In this document: positions 9,425 to 18,072 of the stretch, in pieces
How the letters are laid out: each line of letters starts with the position of its first letter
Position numbering within the stretch: position 1 is the stretch's first letter
Source: Nanobdellati archaeon
GTDB taxonomy: Archaea; EX4484-52; GLR71
Assembly (NCBI GenBank): GCA_019429005.1
Contig: JAHYJR010000002.1
Span: 104,852-153,733, forward strand
Direction: 5' to 3'
Length of the DNA: 48,882 bases
The notes under the pieces: generated by a model
The model's input: only the letters and a program-made list of their open reading frames with translations
Database searches by the model: none
Told to the model about the DNA's origin: nothing
Made by a program: the position numbers and the translations under genes

Positions 9425-11179
9425 ATGAGACTTGCTGTAATAAATCGAAAAAAATGCATATTCAAAGATTGTTATAAGCCTTGTATTAGCTTTTGTCCCG
9501 GTGTAAGAACGGGTGATGAAACTGTAATTGAGAAAGATGGAGCAATAGTGATAAGTGAAGATCTTTGTATCGGTTGTGGTATATGCACAAAAAAATGTCC
9601 AACTGATGCTATAACAATCATTAACATTGCAAAAGAACAAGATGATATAATACATCAATATGGTGAAAATGCATTCAGATTATACGGACTTCCAATACCA
9701 GTAAAAGGTCAAGTCACAGGTATTTTAGGTGCAAACGGTATAGGTAAATCAACTGCACTTAACATCCTTTCGGGAAAAATAAAACCTAATCTTGGAATCC
9801 TTGATAAAACACCAACAGATAAAGAAATAATTCTTAAATTCAGAGGAACAGGTCTTCAGAATTACTTAAAAGACCTTTTTGAAGGTAATGTAAAAACAAT
9901 ATATAAACCACAACATATAGATACAATTCCAGACATGTTTAAAGGTACAGCTCGTGACATACTTAAAGATGAAAGAGGCGTCCTTGAAAAAGTTTCAAAA
10001 AAACTTGAAATTGACCATATCCTTGACCAAGATATAAAAACACTAAGTGGTGGTGAACTTCAAAGAGTTGCAATCACAGCTGCAATAATAAAAGATGTTG
10101 ATGTATATTATTTTGATGAACCCTCATCGTATCTTGATGTCAAACAAAGACTTGCTGTTGCAAAAGCAATACGCGACCTAGCACAAGCCAATAAATCCGT
10201 AATCGTAGTAGAACATGATCTTGCAACACTTGATGTACTCGCAGATAACATACACATAATTTATGGTACATCTGGAACATACGGTGTTATATCAATATTA
10301 TATTCTGCAAAAAGAGGAATAAACACATATCTCGATGGTTTTATTAAAGAAGAAAATATACGATTCCGTGATGAAAGTTTAGTATTTGATAAATATGATG
10401 TTAATTTCAAAGGTTTTGAAAAATTAATAAAATATGATAATATTGAAACAAAATTAGATAAATTTAAATTAAAAGTAGATTCAGGTTATATTTACAAAGG
10501 TGAAATCATAAGTATATTTGGTGCAAATGGAATAGGTAAAACAACATTTGCAAAAATCATTGCAGGCGATATCAAAGCAGATAAAGGACAATTAAAAGAA
10601 AATATCAAAATTGCATATAAACCACAATATTTATCCTCAGATTATACAGGAACTGTAACTGAGCTTCTAATGAGCATAACAAAAGATTTTGTAACTTCAA
10701 AATATAAAGCAGAAATAATTAAACCGCTTGAACTTGCAAGTATTCTTGAAAGTAATGTCCAAAATTTAAGTGGCGGTGAACTTCAGAGAGTTGCAATTGC
10801 AGTTGTGCTTTCAAACAAAGAAGCAGAATTTATACTTATGGACGAACCATCAGCATATTTAGATATAGAACAGAGAGTTAAATTCGCAAAACTCATGAGA
10901 CGATTTATTGAAAACAACAAAAAAACATGCATGATCATTGATCATGATATCCTTCTTTTAAATTATGTCTCAGATAGATCCATATTATTCAAAGGTACAG
11001 CTGGTACTCTTGGTCATGCAGGATCACCAGATAAACTTCATCTTGTAATAAATGATTTCTTAAAAGATCTTAAAATAACATTCCGTAAAGAACCACAATC
11101 TGGAAGACCAAGAGCAAATAAATTAAATTCTCAGAAAGACCAAGAACAGAAATCAAAAAATAAATATTATGAAAGATAA
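9425..11179 (+). CDS. rli: ABCE1/Rli1 ribosome recycling ATPase
   Basis: N-terminal Fe-S Cys motifs (CIGCGICTKKCP), two NBDs (GANGIGKS/T, LSGGELQR, DEPS), C-terminal GRPRANK. Confidence 0.96.
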   Translation: MRLAVINRKKCIFKDCYKPCISFCPGVRTGDETVIEKDGAIVISEDLCIGCGICTKKCPTDAITIINIAKEQDDIIHQYGENAFRLYGLPIPVKGQVTGILGANGIGKSTALNILSGKIKPNLGILDKTPTDKEIILKFRGTGLQNYLKDLFEGNVKTIYKPQHIDTIPDMFKGTARDILKDERGVLEKVSKKLEIDHILDQDIKTLSGGELQRVAITAAIIKDVDVYYFDEPSSYLDVKQRLAVAKAIRDLAQANKSVIVVEHDLATLDVLADNIHIIYGTSGTYGVISILYSAKRGINTYLDGFIKEENIRFRDESLVFDKYDVNFKGFEKLIKYDNIETKLDKFKLKVDSGYIYKGEIISIFGANGIGKTTFAKIIAGDIKADKGQLKENIKIAYKPQYLSSDYTGTVTELLMSITKDFVTSKYKAEIIKPLELASILESNVQNLSGGELQRVAIAVVLSNKEAEFILMDEPSAYLDIEQRVKFAKLMRRFIENNKKTCMIIDHDILLLNYVSDRSILFKGTAGTLGHAGSPDKLHLVINDFLKDLKITFRKEPQSGRPRANKLNSQKDQEQKSKNKYYER

Positions 11180-11228
11180 CTATATTTTTTGAAAAAATAT
11201 TTAAATACATTAATCATAATATTTCTTT

Positions 11229-11768
11229 ATGTCAATTATAATTGGAGTTACCGGACTTGCAAGAGCTGGAAAAGACACAATGGCAGATTACCTTGTAAGA
11301 AAATACAATTTTAAAAAATTCAATATGAGCGATGTCATAAGTTTAGAACTGATGAAACGCGGTAAACAGGTAACAAAAGAAAACATGTCACTATTAGGTG
11401 ACCAGATGCGTAAAGAATTTGGAAATGACATTATAATAATTAAAACTTTGGAAAAATGCAAAAATTTTGATAATACAATAATAACTGGTTTCCGTAGCCC
11501 CGAAGAAGTATCTGAAATGAGATATAGAAGCAATAATTTTTTCTTATTTTCAATTAACGCAGAAAAAGAGATACGATTTTCAAGACGTACAGATATCGAC
11601 CCTCAGACAGAATCTGAATTTTTCGAAAGAGATACTCGTGATATAGACAATAAAGGTCTCGGCAGAGTCATTGAAAGTGCTGATATAAGTATAGATAATA
11701 ACAGCACATTCGAAAAATTGGATGAACAGATAGATAAAAATCTAAAACATATTTTAAATCAGATTTAG
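11229..11768 (+). CDS. P-loop nucleotide kinase (archaeal dephospho-CoA-kinase-like family)
   Basis: IIGVTGLARAGKDT, GFRSPEEV, FFERDTRD, ADISIDNN. Confidence 0.75.
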   Translation: MSIIIGVTGLARAGKDTMADYLVRKYNFKKFNMSDVISLELMKRGKQVTKENMSLLGDQMRKEFGNDIIIIKTLEKCKNFDNTIITGFRSPEEVSEMRYRSNNFFLFSINAEKEIRFSRRTDIDPQTESEFFERDTRDIDNKGLGRVIESADISIDNNSTFEKLDEQIDKNLKHILNQI

Positions 11769-13055
11769 TTTTCTTTCATCTTTCAAAGGATCACGTAACA
11801 TCAGAACATATCCATCATCATCTAAACTGCTCGGTAAATATTTTATTGCTGCATCCATTATGTCTTGTGCCGTTACAGCTTCAATTCTTTTATATTGCAT
11901 CTCAGGATTGATGCCCGTATCAATTATAGATTCAAGCAATTCAACACGACTCTTATTTGTCTCAAATGTATTAACAAATTTATACAATTCTCTTTTCTTG
12001 ATTAACTCCAACTCATCATCAGATACAGGTTCGGTCTTTAATAAATCCATTTGTTCAAAAATAGAATCAATCGCCTCATCAACCCTAGTAGCATCAAGTT
12101 TACTATATATACGAACATTATACACACCATTAAAATGCTTCAAATAAGCCGACTTAATTGAATACGCAAGACCCTTCACTAAACTAATATTTGTTAAAAG
12201 TCTAGATTTAATATACCCACCTAAAACAACATTCATCAAATTTACAGCAGAACTATCTTTTTCAGATAGATTAGGTGCAAATAACCGCATATTAAGTTCT
12301 GCAGAACTTTCATTAGGATTATCATTATTTAATAAATCATCTGTTTTTTCATGAATCAATTTATTCCCAACCAATTTAGGACTTGATTGAATTATATATT
12401 TTTCATAAACACCTTTTTCAAAACCACCAAAATTTTGTTCAATCAAATCTTCAATATTATCAGGTAAATTTCCAACTAAAAATAAATCAATGTTATTGCA
12501 TTGGTATTCTCTATTATGAAACATTTTCAACATACCAGAATCAATTGTTTCAATTACAGATTTATTACCAAGTACAACTTTTGAATATTCCGAACTCTTA
12601 CCATAAAAAGCATCTTGACATCTAAAAAATGCCATAGCGTTAGAATCACTTTTACGATTTGAAATTTCTCTTAAAACCCTTTGTCGTTCCCTTTCAATTA
12701 TTAATTCATCAAATTGAGGATTAAAAACCCAATCAGAAATAAACCCTACATATAACGGTAACTCATCTGACAAGATACTAAGTTGGTATTGAGTTTTTTC
12801 TAAAGATGTGACTGCACGAACACTACCCGCAGAATCTCTTAATTTCTCAAACTCCGAAAGACTATAATTTTTAGAACCACCCATAACAACATGTTCCAAA
12901 AAATGAGCAAGACCATCTTCTCCCAGCTTTTCATTTATTGCACCAGAATTAACTCGCACTTTAACAAAAATTGTCTGTGTATCTGTATTTTGCAAAGATA
13001 CAGTTAAACCATTATTTAATGTATATTGTTTATAATTAAATTGTAGATTTGACAT
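11754..13055 (-). CDS. M16 family zinc peptidase (pitrilysin-like)
   Basis: TLNNGL, GLAHFLEH inverted HxxEH, ERERQRVLRE, SRLL...GLAYS. Confidence 0.9.
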   Translation of the reverse strand: MSNLQFNYKQYTLNNGLTVSLQNTDTQTIFVKVRVNSGAINEKLGEDGLAHFLEHVVMGGSKNYSLSEFEKLRDSAGSVRAVTSLEKTQYQLSILSDELPLYVGFISDWVFNPQFDELIIERERQRVLREISNRKSDSNAMAFFRCQDAFYGKSSEYSKVVLGNKSVIETIDSGMLKMFHNREYQCNNIDLFLVGNLPDNIEDLIEQNFGGFEKGVYEKYIIQSSPKLVGNKLIHEKTDDLLNNDNPNESSAELNMRLFAPNLSEKDSSAVNLMNVVLGGYIKSRLLTNISLVKGLAYSIKSAYLKHFNGVYNVRIYSKLDATRVDEAIDSIFEQMDLLKTEPVSDDELELIKKRELYKFVNTFETNKSRVELLESIIDTGINPEMQYKRIEAVTAQDIMDAAIKYLPSSLDDDGYVLMLRDPLKDERKLNLI

Positions 13056-13230
13056 AATTATAAATATCAATTTAATATTATAAAGCATAGATTAATACAA
13101 TTTATAAAGAACAAAACCTAATGTTACTAATCAGAAGAATAAAAACAAATTTAAATTATTTCTATAAGTACATTTCAAGAAAATAAAAAATCTATAAAAA
13201 AGAAAATCAAAATTATAACAAATAAAAACC

Positions 13231-13644
13231 TCAACTCCTAACAACGGAATTGATATTTGCAACCTTAACTTCTATAAGCTCAATCTCATCTGTTGTCTCC
13301 TGCAATAAAGCAGAACTTACAGATTTACTCTGCTTATATTTTTCCATTGTTCTTGAAAGTGCATCAAGTGTATTTCTTAAAACATCTATATCATTTTTAA
13401 GAGCATTAAAACGATCAATACTAATAAACATAGGTCCTTTTGTATAATTTGATGCAGATGAAAGTGTATCCTTACCCAAATTATGTTTAGGTGGCATTGG
13501 TGGTACGGCTCTAAAATCATTATTAGTTAAAGGTGTATTTTCAATACGGTTTTCAGATACAACATTATTATTACCTTGAACCTCAACAGCTTTATTCTCT
13601 TCAACAGAAACATCTTTATCATAATCAGCCAAAAAAATCACCAT
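13231..13644 (-). CDS. Hypothetical protein with low-complexity N-terminus and C-terminal coiled coil
   Basis: 137-aa ORF in genic context; GPMFISIDRF followed by heptad-like helix. Confidence 0.65.
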   Translation of the reverse strand: MVIFLADYDKDVSVEENKAVEVQGNNNVVSENRIENTPLTNNDFRAVPPMPPKHNLGKDTLSSASNYTKGPMFISIDRFNALKNDIDVLRNTLDALSRTMEKYKQSKSVSSALLQETTDEIELIEVKVANINSVVRS

Positions 13645-13692
13645 ATATTATACGTTATAAATATTATACGTTATAAATATTATACGTTATAA
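13645..13692. repeat. 16-bp perfect tandem repeat x3 (ATATTATACGTTATAA)
   Basis: Units 13645-13660, 13661-13676, 13677-13692, abutting the start codon at 13644. Confidence 0.95.
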
Positions 13693-13771
13693 ATTAGTAT
13701 ACAATTAATAATTATTTAATTATTATAATTATTTTATAGATAATCTTATATATAATTTATCTAAACGCCCT

Positions 13772-13975
13772 TTAACCAATAACTTTGATTGCGTCAACAG
13801 GACAAGTATCCGCAGCATCACTATTACAACCAACTTCTGACAATTTTGTTTTTATTGGTTTAGCCTTAACTTCAGAACCACTCTCATCCATAACCCAATT
13901 ATCAGGGCATACCGCATTGCATGAACCGCAACCGATACAAGCATCTTTATCAAATTCAATTATAATATTAGCCAT
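13772..13975 (-). CDS. fdx: Monocluster ferredoxin
   Basis: CIGCGSCNAVCP ... AADTCPVDAI. Confidence 0.9.
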   Translation of the reverse strand: MANIIIEFDKDACIGCGSCNAVCPDNWVMDESGSEVKAKPIKTKLSEVGCNSDAADTCPVDAIKVIG

Positions 13976-14064
13976 ACAAAATATTAGACTATAACATATA
14001 AATAAATTGTGAATTTATTTAAAAATAATCATAAACAAATTATAAAAAAAGACATTAATCCTAT

Positions 14065-14310
14065 CTAAAACATTACATCTAAATCAAATTCTAATTCCCA
14101 AACACCTTCCATATCAGAATTAGACCTTTTGACAGCTTTTATAATTCGATCAGATGACTTATAAGTAAAATATTTATTTAAAAATAAAAAATTAAGTTTT
14201 TCAAGATAAAGAACGGTACGTCCACAAAAATAATTGTGTTCAGACACTCTAAATATATTATTTATTTCGTCAGGAACACTAATTATAATATTATCATATA
14301 ATTCAACCAT
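14065..14310 (-). CDS. Hypothetical protein
   Basis: 81-aa ORF with upstream GTGAT SD-like motif; no recognised domain. Confidence 0.45.
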   Translation of the reverse strand: MVELYDNIIISVPDEINNIFRVSEHNYFCGRTVLYLEKLNFLFLNKYFTYKSSDRIIKAVKRSNSDMEGVWELEFDLDVMF

Positions 14311-14506
14311 ATCAAATCACATAAATATTAATAATTAAATTTAAAATTTTATATTATAATTTATTCAAATAAATATAAACAAAAAAATAAGACCATTTAA
14401 ACAAAAATCCAATAAAAAGCTTTATAAAAGTTTATACTTACAGTATGTAATAATCTAAATATAACCCCTTATGGGACTATAATTGATTAAATGAAGGTGA
14501 AAAAGT

Positions 14507-14905
14507 ATGTCCAAAAATTATGTAGACTTTAGTGTGCCTAATGAATTAGCTGAAGAAGTTTTAAATGTCCTTGAGACAATTTCAACATCAGGTGGTATAA
14601 TCAAAAAAGGTACTAACGAAACAACAAAAGCTCTTGAGCGAGGAATCGCAAAGATTATTGTTATTGCAGAAGATATTGAACCAGAAGAGATTGTTATGCA
14701 CTTACCAATTCTTGCAAAAGAAAAAGGTATTGCTCATGTATTTGTTTCAACAAAACAAGAGTTAGGTGGCGCAATCGGTATATCTGTATCATCATCAGCT
14801 ATTGCTATTACTGATGCAGGTAAAGCAAAAGATAAATTAGATGATCTTATTGCAAAGATTAAAAAAATTCAATCCAGCGGAACTTCAAAACCTGCTGAGA
14901 AATAG
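14507..14905 (+). CDS. rpl7ae: Ribosomal protein L7Ae
   Basis: KKGTNETTKALERG, IAEDIEPEEIVMHLP; SD AGGTGA. Confidence 0.97.
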   Translation: MSKNYVDFSVPNELAEEVLNVLETISTSGGIIKKGTNETTKALERGIAKIIVIAEDIEPEEIVMHLPILAKEKGIAHVFVSTKQELGGAIGISVSSSAIAITDAGKAKDKLDDLIAKIKKIQSSGTSKPAEK

Positions 14906-14926
14906 ATATTAACTTAAGTGATCCAT

Positions 14927-15121
14927 ATGGCAATTGAAGCAGACGTTATAACAGTAATGGGTAAATTTGGACTTAAAGGTGTCTACAGAGTACGATGTCA
15001 AGCAAAAGATACTAAAGGCAGAACTAAAATTCTTGTAAGAAATGTTGTTGGACCAATCCGAGTTGGAGACAAACTAATGATAAGCGAGATTGACATGGAT
15101 ACTGCAGTAAGTATCGAATAA
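14927..15121 (+). CDS. rps28e: Ribosomal protein S28e
   Basis: RNVVGPIRVGD; synteny between rpl7ae and rpl24e. Confidence 0.9.
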   Translation: MAIEADVITVMGKFGLKGVYRVRCQAKDTKGRTKILVRNVVGPIRVGDKLMISEIDMDTAVSIE

Positions 15122-15135
15122 ATAGGTGTTTATAA

Positions 15136-15318
15136 ATGAAATGTACATTTTGCGGTAAAGAAATGGAAAAAGGCACTGGTAAACTCGTAGTCAAAGCAGA
15201 CGGAAAGATACTTTCATTCTGTAAATCCAAATGTGAAAAAAATAGTATCATACGAAATCCAAGACGTGTTGCTTGGACAGAAGTATTTAAAGAGCAAAAG
15301 CAAACTAAAAAAGTTTAA
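15136..15318 (+). CDS. rpl24e: Ribosomal protein L24e
   Basis: CTFCG...GTG...FCKSKCEKN...RNPRRVAWT. Confidence 0.96.
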   Translation: MKCTFCGKEMEKGTGKLVVKADGKILSFCKSKCEKNSIIRNPRRVAWTEVFKEQKQTKKV

Positions 15319-15348
15319 TTGGCATAACATTTAGTTATGTCAATTTTT
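15317..15348 (+). terminator. 12-bp hairpin + T-run after rpl24e
   Basis: AATTGGCATAAC-attta-GTTATGTCAATT then TTT; one G-U pair. Confidence 0.55.
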
Positions 15349-15367
15349 AACAAAACCTGTGACAGTT

Positions 15368-15520
15368 ATGATTTTTACTATTTTTGGTATAATTGATATC
15401 TTAGCAGGTATTTTCTTATTAATTGGAGATATACCAGCACCAGACTTCATAGTAAACCTGTCAGCAATTATTCTAATAGGTAAAGGTCTTATGTCAGTTA
15501 TCCCAAACATAATCAAATAA
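15368..15520 (+). CDS. 50-aa two-helix small membrane protein (absent from ORF track)
   Basis: Manual translation MIFTIFGIIDILAGIFLLIGDIPAPDFIVNLSAIILIGKGLMSVIPNIIK*; fills the gap between rpl24e and ndk; GTGA SD-like motif upstream. Confidence 0.75.
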   Translation: MIFTIFGIIDILAGIFLLIGDIPAPDFIVNLSAIILIGKGLMSVIPNIIK

Positions 15521-15539
15521 ATTATAGGTGTATTGAAAA

Positions 15540-16109
15540 ATGATAGAGAAAACTTTTATGATGGTAAAACCAGATGGTGTCAAAAGAGCACTTACAGGCA
15601 CAATAATACAACGTGTAGAACAAAGAGGTCTAAAAATTATAGCATTAAAAATGATTTTAGCTGACAAAGAACTTGTTGGAAAACATTATGTTGATGATGC
15701 TGAATGGTGTGATAGCGTCGGTAAAAAAACTATGGACAGCTGGGCAAAAAGAGGTGTCAAAAGTGATGAAACACCAATAGAAATCGGAAAAAGAATAAGA
15801 CAATGGCTTATGGATTATATAACATCAGGTCCTGTTGTCGCTATGGTTATAGAAGGCCATGACACAATCAAACAGATAAGGAAACTAGTAGGTGACACAA
15901 GCCCACATTCCGCAGCACCAGGTACAATACGAGGTGATTTCTCAATAGATTCATACGCAGTTGGAGATCAACTTAATAGACCTATAAAAAATCTTGTACA
16001 TGCATCAGGAAACAAAAAAGAAGCACAGAATGAAATAAGTTTATGGTTCAATAAAGACGAAGTACAAGATTACAAAAGAATTGATGAAGATCTTATATAT
16101 AGGACTTAA
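15540..16109 (+). CDS. ndk: Nucleoside diphosphate kinase
   Basis: EKTFMMVKPDGV, SGPVVAMV, PGTIRGDF, NLVHAS catalytic His. Confidence 0.97.
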   Translation: MIEKTFMMVKPDGVKRALTGTIIQRVEQRGLKIIALKMILADKELVGKHYVDDAEWCDSVGKKTMDSWAKRGVKSDETPIEIGKRIRQWLMDYITSGPVVAMVIEGHDTIKQIRKLVGDTSPHSAAPGTIRGDFSIDSYAVGDQLNRPIKNLVHASGNKKEAQNEISLWFNKDEVQDYKRIDEDLIYRT

Positions 16110-16178
16110 TTTCATAAATATAAGACCTAAATACGCAAGTTAAAAACAAATATTGCGAAGGTACAAAATACAATTGTA

Positions 16179-16418
16179 TCAATATTCGCCTTTTTCTTTT
16201 CTTATTTTTTTCAAATATTTATATACTGTCAAAATATTAACATTATATTTAGAAGCGATTTCTCTTGCAGAATCACCAGATTTATTCATGCTCCACCATT
16301 CATTCAAAATATGATTCCATTCGTCCTTATGTGATATACTAAGATGCTGATTATAAACTCTTAGTTTCTCAAAAGTTTTATCACAGAATTTGCACGTATA
16401 CATATACATATTATACAA
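16179..16418 (-). CDS. Small C2H2 zinc-finger + HTH protein (putative regulator)
   Basis: YTCKFCDKTF...YNQHLSISH; SAREIASKYNVNILTVYKYL HTH. Confidence 0.7.
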   Translation of the reverse strand: MYNMYMYTCKFCDKTFEKLRVYNQHLSISHKDEWNHILNEWWSMNKSGDSAREIASKYNVNILTVYKYLKKIRKEKGEY

Positions 16419-16556
16419 GGATTATTATTTATATGTTTTGTAAAAAATCACAAAAAATTAAAAATAGATAGGCATATGGCATAAAAACCTCAAAAAATAC
16501 AAAAAAACCGAAACACATATAAACTCTTTGAAAACAAATATCATTAATAAAAAAAG

Positions 16557-17171
16557 GTGATTTATATTATTCAAAAAATTAAACACAACCACGGATTTAT
16601 CATATTCAGTGTATTTACTTTAATTGTAGGTATACTAGTCGGAATGTCATCAGCAGGAACTTTTGCTGATGCTAAAGCAGCTAAAGGTATAGATAACAGT
16701 GCTATCGTAGAACAGCTTATATATGATATCACATATGATGACAACAGTGCTACATACACTAATGGTAACGATGTATCTATAATATCAGCATACCTTAAGG
16801 GAAACAAGATAATCAAAGCAAAAGGTGATATAATGATAACACCGCTTACAGGTACAATTACAATTAATGATGTTGAGCAAGATATACAGATAAAAAACAC
16901 TAACAGTCCACCTACAGTAACAAAGACAATCACATACTTAGAGGGTATAGAATCCATCGGCTGTAAACAAATCACAGAAGCAATATATATGAACATTGAT
17001 GCAAAAATTGATGATAAAATATACACAGGCACATTTTCATCTGATTTAAGCACAACGGAAAATATAGAAGGTGTAACTTGTACATTAGGTACAGGAACAA
17101 CAGGTTTTACATATATAGATCTATATGATACATCCAATGAAGAAGACGTAGTTATAAATATTATAGCATGA
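16557..17171 (+). CDS. Hypothetical exported or membrane-anchored beta-rich protein
   Basis: N-terminal hydrophobic helix, Thr-rich body; start codon uncertain. Confidence 0.6.
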   Translation: MIYIIQKIKHNHGFIIFSVFTLIVGILVGMSSAGTFADAKAAKGIDNSAIVEQLIYDITYDDNSATYTNGNDVSIISAYLKGNKIIKAKGDIMITPLTGTITINDVEQDIQIKNTNSPPTVTKTITYLEGIESIGCKQITEAIYMNIDAKIDDKIYTGTFSSDLSTTENIEGVTCTLGTGTTGFTYIDLYDTSNEEDVVINIIA

Positions 17172-17263
17172 TAATGCAAACCATAACTATAACAAACCTT
17201 TTTCTTTTTTTTCTTTTTTTATTTTCATTTCCATATTTAAAGCTTAAAATATAATCTAGATTT

Positions 17264-17857
17264 ATGCGTTTCACATACAAAGACTTCAAAATTGAGCTTT
17301 CAGAAGATGTCTATGAACCCTCAGATGACACATACCTTCTTGCAGACGCACTTAAAATCAAAAAAGACTCAAAAGTGCTTGAAATCGGAACAGGCACAGG
17401 AATAATCGCAATGATTGCATCCAAAACGGCTAAACAAGTAACTGCAATAGACATTAATCCTGAAGCTGTAGCTCTTGCTAAACAAAATGTAAAAATAAAT
17501 AACATACAAAATATAAGCGTAATACAATCAGATCTTTTCAACAATATCAAAGACTCTTTTGACACGATAATATTCAACACACCATACCTCCCACAAACTG
17601 AAGACCAACACATTGAATCACCAATAAACCACGCCTGGGATGGTGGTCCTGACGGAAGAACCGTAATAGACCGATTCTTAAACGACTTTAAAAAACACCT
17701 CAATAAAAACGGCACATTATATCTTGTAGAATCAACACTTTCATCATATAATAAAACATTAGAATTTCTTAAAAAAAATGATTTTGATACAAAAGTGATT
17801 GCAAAGAAAAATCTTTTTTTTGAAACAATCGTTGTAATTAAAGCAAAATCTAAATAA
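17264..17857 (+). CDS. HemK2/PrmC-family SAM-dependent methyltransferase
   Basis: VYEPSDDTYLL, VLEIGTGTG, DIN, FNTPYLP, WDGGPDGR. Confidence 0.9.
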   Translation: MRFTYKDFKIELSEDVYEPSDDTYLLADALKIKKDSKVLEIGTGTGIIAMIASKTAKQVTAIDINPEAVALAKQNVKINNIQNISVIQSDLFNNIKDSFDTIIFNTPYLPQTEDQHIESPINHAWDGGPDGRTVIDRFLNDFKKHLNKNGTLYLVESTLSSYNKTLEFLKKNDFDTKVIAKKNLFFETIVVIKAKSK

Positions 17858-18072
17858 TAATTAGAATTATAAATCTAAATAATAAACATAATGTATGAAT
17901 TGATTAAATAATAGATTAAATCAATAGATAAAACTAACAAATAAAATAATAGATAACAATAACCTTCTAAAACTAAGATTAAAATCCAATTTGAAAACTA
18001 AATAAATACCGTATAATAAACCATAATAAACCATCACATAACCAATATTCCTAAATATATATATACAACCAG

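Noticed and set aside
16571-17179. 202-aa antisense ORF
   Set aside because: Mirror of 16557-17171, which has the signal-like N-terminus and typical codon pattern; the same reasoning applies to other antisense ORFs over conserved genes such as 17311-17715, 20586-21044, 22269-22748, 35699-36124 and 38487-38834.
17264-17857. DNA adenine methyltransferase of a restriction-modification system
   Set aside because: The VYEPxxD and WDGGxDGR motifs identify the HemK2 protein methyltransferase family, and no nuclease partner is adjacent.
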